From NCBI RefSeq assembly GCF_001194135.2, contig NC_068981.1, positions 180,102,558 through 180,166,557 on the forward strand: a stretch of DNA of 64,000 bases, read 5' to 3'. Every line of letters starts with the position of its first letter. Positions within the stretch are counted from its first letter, which is position 1. Below, piece after piece: positions 38,987 through 52,189 of this stretch. The DNA is from Octopus bimaculoides (Eukaryota). A model generated the notes under the pieces. It saw only the letters and a program-made list of their open reading frames with translations, did no database searches and was not told the origin of the DNA. Both the position numbers and the translations under genes were made by a program.

Positions 38987-39021
<35 letters not shown>

Positions 39022-40335
39022 NNNNNNNNNNNNNNNNNNNNNNNNNNNNNNNNNNNNNNNNNNNNNNNNNNNNNNNNNNNNNNNNNNNNNNNNNNNNNNN
39101 NNNNNNNNNNNNNNNNNNNNNNNNNNNNNNNNNNNNNNNNNNNNNNNNNNNNNNNNNNNNNNNNNNNNNNNNNNNNNNNNNNNNNNNNNNNNNNNNNNNN
39201 NNNNNNNNNNNNNNNNNNNNNNNNNNNNNNNNNNNNNNNNNNNNNNNNNNNNNNNNNNNNNNNNNNNNNNNNNNNNNNNNNNNNNNNNNNNNNNNNNNNN
39301 NNNNNNNNNNNNNNNNNNNNNNNNNNNNNNNNNNNNNNNNNNNNNNNNNNNNNNNNNNNNNNNNNNNNNNNNNNNNNNNNNNNNNNNNNNNNNNNNNNNN
39401 NNNNNNNNNNNNNNNNNNNNNNNNNNNNNNNNNNNNNNNNNNNNNNNNNNNNNNNNNNNNNNNNNNNNNNNNNNNNNNNNNNNNNNNNNNNNNNNNNNNN
39501 NNNNNNNNNNNNNNNNNNNNNNNNNNNNNNNNNNNNNNNNNNNNNNNNNNNNNNNNNNNNNNNNNNNNNNNNNNNNNNNNNNNNNNNNNNNNNNNNNNNN
39601 NNNNNNNNNNNNNNNNNNNNNNNNNNNNNNNNNNNNNNNNNNNNNNNNNNNNNNNNNNNNNNNNNNNNNNNNNNNNNNNNNNNNNNNNNNNNNNNNNNNN
39701 NNNNNNNNNNNNNNNNNNNNNNNNNNNNNNNNNNNNNNNNNNNNNNNNNNNNNNNNNNNNNNNNNNNNNNNNNNNNNNNNNNNNNNNNNNNNNNNNNNNN
39801 NNNNNNNNNNNNNNNNNNNNNNNNNNNNNNNNNNNNNNNNNNNNNNNNNNNNNNNNNNNNNNNNNNNNNNNNNNNNNNNNNNNNNNNNNNNNNNNNNNNN
39901 NNNNNNNNNNNNNNNNNNNNNNNNNNNNNNNNNNNNNNNNNNNNNNNNNNNNNNNNNNNNNNNNNNNNNNNNNNNGTGTGTATAAACATATACATATATA
40001 TAAATATATATATATGTATGCGATTATGTTTGTGTATCTGTGTCTGTACGTGTGTATAAACATATACATATATATAAATATATATATATGCATGTGTGAA
40101 TGGATGTGAGTACGAATGTATGTGTATATAGTGATACAGGCTCGAATTGAATATAAAACATGTTAAATGCATAATAGATTGAACACATGGTGTTGAGTTT
40201 ACTCAGAAAACTACGATTTCAATGCATCACGAAAAGAGCCTTCTGAAAATACGCTGAAAAAATATATATTGATCAAACAGATAAAAGTTATCTTGAGTGA
40301 AGCGAAATAGTTGTGATAGAATATACAATAAAAAT

Positions 40336-40588
40336 ATGAATAAAAATATGAATAAAAATATGAATAAAAAGATGAATAAAAAGATGAATAAAAAGATGAA
40401 TAAAAAGATGAATAAAAATATGAATAAAAATATGAATAAAAATATGAATAAAAATATGAATAAAAATATGAATAAAAATATGAATAAAAATATGAATAAA
40501 AAGATGAATAAAAAAGATGAATAAAAAGATGAATAAAAATATGAATAAAAATATGAATAAAAATATGAATAAAAATATGAATAAAAGA
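40336..40588. repeat. 12-bp minisatellite atgaataaaaa(t/g), about 21 units
   Basis: Direct inspection; the two variants occur in blocks. Confidence 0.95.
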
Positions 40589-41481
40589 TAGTATTGTGTT
40601 CATTTTATGATAGGAAGGAGGATAAGTGATGAGGTATGAATAGGATTGGTCTAAGGATCAGATGCGTGTGAGTAGGAAATGTTTAATGAACATATGATTT
40701 TACAGATTATTCTAAATGTTAAAATAAAATATGAAAAGCTAGGCTCTAGATTAGATGTTTGAAATCGAGAGTATTCATTAGTAACGGGGATAATTAATTA
40801 ATTAATTAATCAATAATTAATTATGGGTGAGAAAAAGGAGTATTGTAGAATTATTGTTCTGCTATTTTAGTAAAATGTAAAATTTCATCATCTTAGTTTA
40901 GCAGGTATATAATGAAAATATATTATATTGAATAATTAAACTGTTAAAAGGTTGAATAAAGACAAAAGTTACTTTTAAAAAATTGCAATATTTTGTATTA
41001 TATGAATGATCAGATATGCTATATTATATGAATGATCAGTAGGTTAACCTAAATCATGATTAGTATATATAGCCCGGCTATTTCAAATTAATAATTTGTA
41101 TGTGTAAGTTATAATTGGTTACTGAAAATATTTCCACGTATGTCGAGATAGTGAAATTTATAAAATAACATAAAATATCATACATTAACTATCAGTTTAA
41201 AAAGACCAAATTATGGGGTATGAAAAATGAATACACAAGAAGCAGAAAAGTATTGTTAATTAAGATAAGAATGTAAAATATTCACTATAAATCATATAAA
41301 CCACTTTATTAGAAATACTAAAAGACGATTTGTATTGAATCACTTTATTAGAAATACTAAGAGAGTATGATACACCTAAAAGGTGGATTCCAAATCACTA
41401 AAAGAAAGGTGGCAGATAACTACTAGTGAAGAAATTATATACAATAACCCCCCCCCCCGCAAAAAAAAATATATATATATA

Positions 41482-41882
41482 GGCGCAGGAGTGGCTGTGT
41501 GGTAAGTAGCTTGCTTACCAACCACATGGTTCTGGGTTCATTCCCACTGCGTGGCACCTTGGGCAAGTGTCTTCTACTATAGCCTCAGGTCGACCAAAGC
41601 CTTGTGAGTGGATTTGGTAGACGGAAACTGGAAGAAGCCCGTCGTATATATGCATATATATATATGTATGTGCGTTTGTGTGTCTGTGCTTGTCCCCCCA
41701 CCATCGCTTGACAACCGATGCTGGTGTGTTTACGTCTCCGTAACTTAGCGGTTCGGCAAAAAGAGACCGATAGAATAAGTACTAGGCTTACGAAGAATAA
41801 GTCCTGGGGTCGATTTTCTCGACTAAAGGCGGTGCTCCAGCATGACCGCAGTCAAATGACTGAAACAAGTAAAAAAAAGAGT
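41482..41882 (+). mobile_element. Full-length SINE family C (tRNA head, CORE-like domain, internal microsatellite)
   Basis: ggcgcaggagtggctgtgtggtaag head; gcaccttgggcaagtgtctt domain; TA/TG tract; conserved tail. Confidence 0.92.
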
Positions 41883-41995
41883 ATATCAGTCGAAAATGTT
41901 TCGAAATAGTCAAAATCAATCGATACCCGATGTGTTCTTGCTTTTTGGCTGCCGGAAGAGTTGTATTGTATAACCATGTGGGTTTTTTTTTTCAG

Positions 41996-42032
41996 AGAGT
42001 GGTTATAAATGTTTAGTAAACATATTACAGAG
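41996..42032 (+). CDS. Candidate 37-nt exon (SGYKCLVNILQ)
   Basis: Strong tttttttttcag| acceptor and GAG|gtaagg donor; one fully open frame (phase 1 to 2). Confidence 0.3.
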
Positions 42033-42630
42033 GTAAGGCCTTCAATCTCTTTCTCTTACCTTTTGGTTGCAGCTCTTTGGGCACGACTGTGAATTATACT
42101 GCGCAAATTGAATCGGGTTTTGGCAAGCAACTCTCATGAGTAAACCACAATGTTGATGTTTTTAGTTTTTAAAAGACGGTTTTATGTATATAACTATGAA
42201 AATATGGGGTGAAATGATTTTGAGCATAAGTCTAGTGGATGAAGTCTGTCCAGGGGCTAAGCAACAAGATAGTTTTCATCCCCATGATATTGAGTACTTG
42301 TATCTTTGAGTACCACTTAGTACAGAAACGTTATAGCTTCCGTGTATTAAAATAAGTACTTATATGTTACTAACACGTCTCAGGAATATCATTTTGTATT
42401 TGATACCTTTAGGTGAGAACTACTCCGAATGATTTAGTTAAATATTAATTTAAACTCACCTAATTCTACTCTTTTAAAACTTACTGCTCGCCCTAAGGAA
42501 TTATTGATACAAAAGCACAAAAGGAAAATTTAAAAATTAAAATAATCCCTTCACCGATGCATATTTATATTTTGTAAGCACGTACGATGTTTGGATTAAA
42601 CCTTGAATAACTTCTCCTAGTTCTTCATAG

Positions 42631-42683
42631 AATGACGTCCTTGTTGAACTGATTTGCTTACATACTTGGCAACACGTGATGAC
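42631..42683 (+). CDS. Candidate 53-nt exon (NDVLVELICLHTWQHVM)
   Basis: ttcttcatag| acceptor, GAC|gtgagt donor; open in phase 0 to 2. Confidence 0.25.
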
Positions 42684-42790
42684 GTGAGTCCTCAAACTGT
42701 CCAAAACTGCACAGTCTCTCCGTTCGATGCCTGTGTAATGATTTTGTGAATACGGAGTTCAGACTGAGTTTAATTTTATAGCAACAACTA

Positions 42791-42873
42791 CAAGTCTTAA
42801 ATACATAAATTTACTTCAAGTCTTAAATACATAAATTTACTTCAAGTCTTAAATACATAAATTTACTTCAAGT
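42791..42873. repeat. 26-bp tandem repeat, 3 copies
   Basis: caagtcttaaatacataaatttactt at 42791, 42817, 42843. Confidence 0.95.
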
Positions 42874-43173
42874 ATACCGAAGACAATGAGAAATACCATC
42901 TTATTAAAATGTGAAAAAAAAATCTCAGAGTTAAAAATGACAGTAAAAAAATGTATATATATTTTGTTCAAGAAAGTATTGTAGAAACGAAAAAAAAAAA
43001 ATTAAAAAGACATTACTTGACACTATACAAGATAAACATTTTGTGTCTATTTAAATATAAAGCTTGGTGATATATATGTTTTGAAAAATAGGTGGAGTTG
43101 CAACATTGACAAAATAAAAGACAAGCTGTCAGAAGTCCTTAAAATCCTTTCCTTTCATTACAATCACTCGTAG

Positions 43174-43243
43174 GTGGTCTGCCAGTCTAGCAGGGGTTCC
43201 TGACATCACGCTGTACGATATTGTCAAATGTTGCTGTCTTTAG
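43174..43243 (+). CDS. Candidate terminal coding exon (WSASLAGVPDITLYDIVKCCCL*)
   Basis: Pyrimidine-rich acceptor ...cactcgtag|; phase-2 start fits both upstream candidates; ends in a CaaX-like CCCL. Confidence 0.25.
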
Positions 43244-45693
43244 CGCTGATAATGATGAAGACAGAGAGAGAGAGGGGTGGAAGAGAGAGATGGTGTGAGG
43301 GAGGGAGAAAGAGTGTAGGAGGAGGACTTATTTCTTTGTTTTTGTTTAGTAGTGGGTACGGTGGGAATCGGTTTGATAACGTAGCTTACATCAAGAAAGA
43401 AACAAGATTTTGTGCTCACAATCTCCGAACGTTCAGCAAGCGTTAAATCTCGATTAAAACACTAGTATAAGCCATAATATATTTAAACACATATATGCAT
43501 ATAAACCAGAATATGTTTTTATATACATACGTGCTTTACGAACCCTAACGCATATATGTATATATATATAAAGATAAAAAAGGGGTTTGTATGATAGTGT
43601 ATAGAGGAATATATTATTCAAATGAATTCCAACTCTGTTTCTTATGTTTTATTTATATTCTTGTAAAATTAATGTAGGATATAGAATATGGAATATATAG
43701 TGTATCTAGTAAAATGAAATAAAGTATTGAATGTCTTATTGAATAAATGAAATATTGAATGTTAAATATTAAAGGACTTTCCTGCTTTCTAGCAATCTTT
43801 AAGGTCCCATGTGACATATATATATATATATATATGAAGGGGATGTTTCTATGTGGCCTGCATGTTTGTTGCACCTTGTTTACCATTTTACCCTTGTTCT
43901 TTTGCCATGTCATGTACCCAGTTATGTATCTATATGTACATGTAGATGAACGTATATACATACATGTACATATATATGCATATACTCATATATTGTTTGT
44001 ATCACGACAGAACGCACGCTTTACCTTTATACAGTAAGTTTTAACTATTTTTCTAACGCGAGTCTCTCTATTTCTATCTCCCCCTCTCATTCTTCCCTCT
44101 ACTGTTCTTCGCCTCTACCTGTCACTACTTCTCTCTCTCTATCTATCTCTTGTTACTCGTCCTTCGCCTCTCACCGTTCTACTACTATCTCTCTCTCTCT
44201 CTACCTCTCGTTGCNNNNNNNNNNNNNNNNNNNNNNNNNNNNNNNNNNNNNNNNNNNNNNNNNNNNNNNNNNNNNNNNNNNNNNNNNNNNNNNNNNNNNN
44301 NNNNNNNNNNNNNNNNNNNNNNNNNNNNNNNNNNNNNNNNNNNNNNNNNNNNNNNNNNNNNNNNNNNNNNNNNNNNNNNNNNNNNNNNNNNNNNNNNNNN
44401 NNNNNNNNNNNNNNNNNNNNNNNNNNNNNNNNNNNNNNNNNNNNNNNNNNNNNNNNNNNNNNNNNNNNNNNNNNNNNNNNNNNNNNNNNNNNNNNNNNNN
44501 NNNNNNNNNNNNNNNNNNNNNNNNNNNNNNNNNNNNNNNNNNNNNNNNNNNNNNNNNNNNNNNNNNNNNNNNNNNNNNNNNNNNNNNNNNNNNNNNNNNN
44601 NNNNNNNNNNNNNNNNNNNNNNNNNNNNNNNNNNNNNNNNNNNNNNNNNNNNNNNNNNNNNNNNNNNNNNNNNNNNNNNNNNNNNNNNNNNNNNNNNNNN
44701 NNNNNNNNNNNNNNNNNNNNNNNNNNNNNNNNNNNNNNNNNNNNNNNNNNNNNNNNNNNNNNNNNNNNNNNNNNNNNNNNNNNNNNNNNNNNNNNNNNNN
44801 NNNNNNNNNNNNNNNNNNNNNNNNNNNNNNNNNNNNNNNNNNNNNNNNNNNNNNNNNNNNNNNNNNNNNNNNNNNNNNNNNNNNNNNNNNNNNNNNNNNN
44901 NNNNNNNNNNNNNNNNNNNNNNNNNNNNNNNNNNNNNNNNNNNNNNNNNNNNNNNATATATATATGTATGTATGTATATATATATATATATGCCTGTTCA
45001 GAGACACTGAAATATTTTATCTTCATATATGTAGGAGAGTATATGTGTGGAAGTGTATTTAACAAGACTTATAGATATAATACTTACACATGTGTAACAT
45101 ATGTAATAATAATACATAGCAACGCAGCGCACATCATACAGAATTATAATTATATTATAAATAAAACAGCTTTTATATGCAAGTCTAAATGTGTGCCACT
45201 TTTCACCGTTCGCGTGTTGGTCAACGGTAACTGAAATTTTTGTAACGAGCCCCAAATTATATCTTACTGTTATAAAAGAACTATAGGATCTTATCGCATC
45301 AGAGTTCTTACCCCAAGCTCGTCAGGACCTTAGTTTCCCCGGAAAAGGTCACTAGGGATCCAAGAGAAATAATGACGAGCAGCTTAATTATATGCAAATA
45401 CATGTTTGAGTAATTTGGGGAGTTTAAGTTGTATTCGTAATTTCATTATACACGGATGGTATATTCCCTAATGAAGAGAAAATCCAGGTATTCGTAAGAT
45501 GGTAAGGAGTTGATACGGGGAAAATGACCTTTTAATAAGGAATTATGTCGAAAATTAGGTGAAAAGAAGATCTTGGTTGATACTAAAACTTTTCAACTGT
45601 CAGTGTGGTATCTGATGAATATAGCACTGACGAAACTTTCAAAGACAGTCTTATTTATTCAGTTCATGTAATTTAATACTATGAAAGAGAAAC

Positions 45694-45740
<47 letters not shown>

Positions 45741-45764
45741 GTATGTATAGACAGACAAACAAAC

Positions 45765-45833
<69 letters not shown>

Positions 45834-45853
45834 TACTATACACACATATATTA

Positions 45854-46250
45854 TCTATATACGTAAAGATGAGAATGTGTCTGTCTGTGTGAATCCCTAA
45901 AACTCGAGAACTACCAAACCGATTTCAGTCAAATTTTACACATGCCTTACTTAGGGTCCAATACAATTTTCAACTTCTTGCTCAATGCGAGCCCAGAGCA
46001 ATCTCTTATCTCTTACACTATTTCAGTATTACGTCTCTATTGAAATGTGAGATAATACTTTCAGTCTCAAAGAAGTCTGTCCTCTATATATTCCTTATAC
46101 ATTCCAAAACCAAGTTACCGATTTTCATGTATGGAGTATCAAAATATTCAGTACTATTTCAGCTACAGACTACACTTAATTTCCATTCACATGTTTGCAT
46201 TTCAAAAATTTAACATTATAATCTTTTCCATAAATCAACTATCGTAAACA
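45854..46250 (+). mobile_element. Non-autonomous Helitron 5' fragment
   Basis: A|TCTATATACGTAAAGATGAGAATGTGTCTGTCTG...ccgatttcagtcaaattttacaca is typical of Helitron 5' ends; no 3' end found. Confidence 0.65.
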
Positions 46251-46538
46251 TTTTATACTATGATGACGAAGTCACATTTTCTATATATGTGGGTGTACCT
46301 TAAAAGACATCAATCATCACCAAACACATCTTCACTCGCTCACTCTCTCTCTCTTTCTTTCTCTCGGTCACTCTCTTTCTCTCGGTCTCTCTCTTTCTCT
46401 CTCACACACACGCGCACGCACGCATACACACACACGTCCATTTTATATACTCGTACATACATCTTTCACTTTCTCATCTCCTTCACTTTCTTTCTCTCTG
46501 TCCTTTTCGCTTTCTCTTCTTTCAATTTCTGTTCTGTA

Positions 46539-46875
46539 CTATTTAGTGCTGGGGATGTTTCATTTATGAGGGCGTACTCCTGTATTTATCTGAGTATTGG
46601 GTCCTTCAGGTGCCTGAATAAAATGCGAATGTCAAGTTGACCCAGTGTGCCTCTGTGATGGTCTTTGGCATGTAGGTAGAGTATGGAGGACTGTTTTTTG
46701 TCGTCATATTGTCTCAAATGTTCATTTAGTTTCTCTGCAATACTTCTAGAAGACTAACATGGAGGCATACAGGGTCAACTTGACATCCGCACTTATCCAA
46801 ACGCAAGAAGGAGCCGACACTCAGACAAATACAGGAATACGTCCTCATAAATGAACCATCCTCAGGACTAAATAG
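46539..46875 (-). mobile_element. Penelope-like GIY-YIG fragment with an inverted partial duplication
   Basis: Minus: SRSIAEKLNEHLRQY...ILYLHAKDHH...DPILR*IQEYALINE..PALN; ~115-bp diverged inverted arms at 46539-46653 and 46762-46875. Confidence 0.7.
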
Positions 46876-47333
46876 GAAATATATGTAAACTGTAGAGATA
46901 CCCCAATATCCACAATTTATATATACACAGGTAGAGTTGTTAGTAGGCTGTTATGCATGTGTGTGCATGCGCGTGTGTGTGTGCGTGTGTTTGTGTGTAT
47001 ATGTGTCAGTGTGTGTAGGTAAATGGATATGTAAGTAAACAGATAGATAAATAGACAGGTGCATAGGTAATATGGACAGACAAGCACACACACATGCACA
47101 CATACATACACAAATGAAGACTGAAACACATGATCATATACACACACATTTCACATACATAAGGACACATGAGGACACACATACACACATACATAACAGA
47201 GGCATGTACATAGTCATACAAACCGATACATAAAGACACACCCAAACATGGACTCACAAAAACACATACGCATACAAACACACAAACACATGAATATGCA
47301 GAATACATACATGCATACAAACGTACACACACA

Positions 47334-47371
<38 letters not shown>

Positions 47372-47796
47372 NNNNNNNNNNNNNNNNNNNNNNNNNNNNN
47401 NNNNNNNNNNNNNNNNNNNNNNNNNNNNNNNNNNNNNNNNNNNNNNNNNNNNNNNNNNNNNNNNNNNNNNNNNNNNNNNNNNNNNNNNNNNNNNNNNNNN
47501 NNNNNNNNNNNNNNNNNNNNNNNNNNNNNNNNNNNNNNNNNNNNNNNNNNNNNNNNNNNNNNNNNNNNNNNNNNNNNNNNNNNNNNNNNNNNNNNNNNNN
47601 NNNNNNNNNNNNNNNNNNNNNNNNNNNNNNNNNNNNNNNNNNNNNNNNNNNNNNNNNNNNNNNNNNNNNNNNNNNNNNNNNNNNNNNNNNNNNNNNNNNN
47701 NNNNNNNNNNNNNNNNNNNNNNNNNNNNNNNNNNNNNNNNNNNNNNNNNNNNNNNNNNNNNNNNNNNNNNNNNNNNNNNNNNNNNNNNNNNNNNNN

Positions 47797-47845
<49 letters not shown>

Positions 47846-48111
47846 GAGACATATGTATATACATACATACAAATTATAATATACTCTAATGTTTTTATTA
47901 ACATATCCATTTTCAAATGCGAAACGTTGCCCATTTAACTGCATTCAGTTTTAGTGTCGTATTTCAGATGCTAGACATACTCTGTTAAAGTACATTTTCT
48001 ATCGTTCAATTATCAAAATGATGCTCAATCTAATTTTATGTGACAAACTTCTTAGTCTTTTATGGTATTAGTATGATATTTAGGTACAATGTTATTAGTA
48101 TTAGACTACAA

Positions 48112-48115
48112 TATT

Positions 48116-48204
<89 letters not shown>

Positions 48205-48239
48205 CATTATTATCATTATTATTATTATTATTATTATCA
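48112..48239. repeat. (ATT)n microsatellite
   Basis: Direct inspection. Confidence 0.95.
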
Positions 48240-49043
48240 TTTGCGATACTACGAGATCATGTACCCCAGAATGTTACAGCATATTACCAGGAAATACTGA
48301 TGTATTTCTATAATGAAATCTTCTCAAGCTGAATCTGATATATTTTATAGAGCGATTGATATCTTTCAGGCCAATGTGTCGGCAATGACTCACTATATTT
48401 TATTATTTTACAAGATTTTATTTTTATAAGATAGTATTTTCATATGTTTGATTTCACGCTATGCTTATAATACAGCAATGATAAAAGAAAAGAAACGGAT
48501 ACAAAATAACCACACACAAACACACACACACACACACATACATATATGTATATAAGGTTGACGTATTAAGAATTTAGAATTAAGAAACTTCGAGAACTTT
48601 AAATAATTAAATTCACTTTTGGAAGGGTCAATCTTGAAGTAGATAAAGCAATAGATAACAATGAAAACCTTCGGTTTAAAGACCACTTTGAGAAGAAAAA
48701 GTCGAAGGCTGTCCATGGGAGTTGAATTCATTTTTCATGTAAATATGACAGATGTTCTACCATTGGACCAAAGCAAATCTACGAATTTCTTTATTCATTT
48801 TTAAAGCTTACACCTGACATTGAGAATTATATGTATATCATTATTCAGTTTATTTCAAGATTTCTTACCAATAGAGAAAGAACCGGTTTCTAACCTAGAT
48901 CCAAGGTTGCTTCATTGGAATTTCAACATCAATAACAGGGTATTTTTGTTTGTATGTATGTATGTATGTGTGTGTGTATGACGTATGTTCGTATGTATGT
49001 AGACATGTAAGTACGTATGTAATTATGTATGCATGTATTTAAT

Positions 49044-49301
49044 GGAGGCGCGTGGCTTAGTGGTTAGGGTGTCAGCATCATGATCATAATATTGTGGTTT
49101 CGATTCCTGGACCAAGTAATGCGTTGTGTTCTTGAGCAAAACACTTCATTTCACGTTTCTCCAGTCCACTCAGCTGGCAAAAATGAGTAACGCTGCGATG
49201 GACTGGCGTCCCATCCACTTGGGGAACACATACGCCATTGAAATCGGGAAACCGGGCCCATGAGCCTGGCTAAGCTTTAAAAGGGCGCATTTATTTTTAT
49301 A
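49044..49301 (+). mobile_element. SINE body A plus tail X with 11-bp TSD
   Basis: Near-identical to 26557; catgtatttaa at 49032-49042 and 49302-49312. Confidence 0.92.
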
Positions 49302-49699
49302 CATGTATTTAAGCATGTACATATATGTATATATGGGTGTTTGTTTTTGTATGTCTGTGTATGTGTGTATAGAACTGTACCATAGTTTTTTAGCAGCCTG
49401 TGCAAGGTTCGGCCAGAATCAATGTGGATAAAAATTACAAAAGAGACAATGTAACAGCCAAGTTGCAATGTAAAAAAGTGAATGAAATATGAAATATGAC
49501 GATGTCTCATTCTAACAACATAAGTCGGCATTTCGCCTAGTTCGGTATTTTGCCTCTAAACAAAGCACAATGTCTTCAAGATTCAGGCAATTGGGCAAAA
49601 CATGTCTGATCCTTTCTTTGCCATGGATTTCTGCATATGAGTATTGACCATCCACAGCTAGAAAAAGATGTTAGTTATTTAAGGACAATTTTACAGCAA

Positions 49700-50480
49700 A
49701 TTGAAGCGGTTTGAGCTGTTTAAAGGATGCAGTGGTGCAACAATTCGGGAAAAACCCCATACTAGATTGACTCGATTGCATTAACAATAAACAACGATTG
49801 GCATGCAACTTCTCTTTAACTGCAGTGATTTTTTCCGCTCTCTACCCTAGCACTGTCATAGCACCGAGCAACATACAACGACATATAACAGCGTAGTTTT
49901 GCGATGCAAAATATTTTTCACCTTCACATTCAAAAGATTCTTCTATGTTGCCTTTCAATTGACCACTGTAGTATTTATTCATCTTACTTCCGTTGATTGT
50001 AAAACAGAGATCAAGGAAATTAGGTAGTAATTATTTTATGAACTTGCTTTGTATAAACTTCGTTAGACATGGATAGCACAGACATATTCCTTTCAGACAG
50101 TTTTTCTTAGACACTCCATACAGAAGACGCCGGGACATGGAATTAGAACTTCTCCTAAATAGACAAAGCATTGCTCTGTCCAGCAGCTAAGAAACAAGAA
50201 AGCTTGACTAAGTAAAATTATGCTTATGTAATGGTCTTGATTTGACCGGAAATTGTCGACAGCAGAAACCGGATGCTACATTTCCTGATATACTCCAGGT
50301 TAAACACTCTACATATCTGAGATGTATTTGAGTGGAATCATTTCTTAAGCTGTTAATATTATCTGTAGGTTTGAGACATTGAATCTGCTGTACCAAGCAA
50401 CATCGGATTCCACTATTAAGAACGTTTTATTTTCAAGTGAAGCATTTTCAGATTCATCGTCAGAGTACAACATGACTGCC
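49700..50480 (-). pseudogene. Highly decayed hAT (ZMYM1-like) transposase remnant
   Basis: Fragments in the expected order: DESENAS, QIHLRYV, ARCYDSARVESGK (cf. GQCYDGAxxMSG), VYC*CNRVNLV (cf. HCxAHRLNL). Confidence 0.5.
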
Positions 50481-51729
50481 TGTCCTTCTGAGATTGTCAC
50501 ACAGAGAAAACCTTGGTCACAATTCGTGTTTTCTAAATATGTTGAATCAGAATACGTTAAGTCTATAACATCAAACGCTTCGAAATCTGCCGAAATTTGG
50601 AATTGAAGAATGATTAATATTTTCTATTGTCGCAGTAATAAGTTATATTATATCTATTATGTATCGGATCTCCAAAAACATAAGAAAAATTAGCAAGTTT
50701 ATAAATATCTTTGTACAAAAAAAGAGAAAATGTCTGCTAATGCACAGCTTGACACAATATAAAAACAAACAGGACTATAACACCATTAAAAATAAACAAG
50801 CATTATTATCACATTATGATTTTAAATAAGCAAACATTGTTTTTATAATGAGATAATTATATTTTCCCAATCTCAAAATCTCTGAAAATTAATTCAGCCT
50901 AAAAATGCAACATTTTGTTTATTATTAGTGAAGGTGGCTCGTGGATAGACGACAAAATGAGTCGTCTCGTTAGACCTTGAGTGATTTCTACATATTCAAG
51001 ATACTATCATAATGAGGACAGATTGAGTAAAAAAGGAAAAGATTAGAAAAAACATCATTAAATAACAGTGGTACACATAGACGGAGCTGAAAAGTATTTT
51101 GGTGGGGGAAGAGACCTCAGGAAGAACCGGAGCTTTCCGTTTGAAAATTTTGGAAATTGTTCGAAAAATTCAAAGGAGAATAAAACAAATTTATGAAGGT
51201 AATTAATAATGTCAAGCTAAAACTATAATCCCGGTGCAACAAACAAAAACATTTCAAAACTGTTTGATCGTCAAATAATATTTGATAAAATGTTTTCTAT
51301 ACTTACACATCATAGTTACATGAGGGGAAAAATTTCAAATATAAGCTCAAAACAGATGAGATTTACTGTTCTCCGTAAAGCCGAATATATTCTCTGCTGT
51401 TAAAAACTTTGAGCCTAAAGTAAGGTTTTCTTTTTTTTTTTTTTTCTTCTTTCTTTGACACGCAGGATCCGAAAAATGACATCCATTTATTACAATCACG
51501 TCAAGATTTTAAGTTTCTAGTTCACAGAATTTCATTATTTTTTTCATTAATAGAGCTTATGAGGAATACGGTATGATATACAAACATACATAGAAATTCG
51601 CTTTTCTTCAAAATCAGAATGTTTTATTAAAATTCTACTGAAAACTTAGAAAGAAATTTTCAAATTACATCATTGCTTATATCTAATTTCTCGTGAATTT
51701 GCGTTTGAATGATTTCCTTGCATACTGAC

Positions 51730-51892
51730 CTTCAGTGAGACCATGAGACAGATTACAGCAATAGTCTGGCATCACATGCAAGTTGCATCTGCTTTGATTC
51801 CTGTATTGCATTGGTTGTATGTCCGTGCACATTACTTGTGTCACCAAGATTATTAGGCAATTTATCAAGTTGACTGTAGAAATAGTGCACAT
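51730..51892 (-). CDS. Candidate first coding exon with signal-peptide-like start
   Basis: MCTISTVNLINCLIILVTQVMC...CCNLSHGLTE ending at GAAG|gtcagt (phase 1); no homolog recognised. Confidence 0.22.
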
Positions 51893-52189
51893 TTATGCTC
51901 ATATTTGCGCCCAAATTTTGAATGTCCTCCAGTATGTTGTCGACTATTTCAGCATAGTTACGCAGAAAGTAATTTACAACTATTATAAATGAACTCCATG
52001 CTGCAGCTTCAATGAATTGCGCTGAATTTTAAAAGTTCCAATTTTCTTATTTATTTGCAAGCCAAACAACAAATATCAGTTCATCTGGTTGAACATGTTC
52101 AGGCATATTTAAGACTCGCATACTATCCATCTCGGTCCTGCATTAGTTGAGAGATGTCTTCGGAGAGACCTGCTCGAGTACGGCCATGC

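Noticed and set aside
42073-42139. Extra plus-strand exon that would link 41996, 42631 and 43174 in one frame through a single UGA (selenocysteine idea)
   Set aside because: Requires a 40-nt intron, and no SECIS or selenoprotein motif was recognised.
45612-45640. CTGATGA...GAAAC hammerhead candidate
   Set aside because: Stem II and stem I do not pair in hammerhead topology.
48860-48930. Minus-strand hairpin-GAAA-ccggt hammerhead-like motif
   Set aside because: No acceptable CUGANGA-type core.
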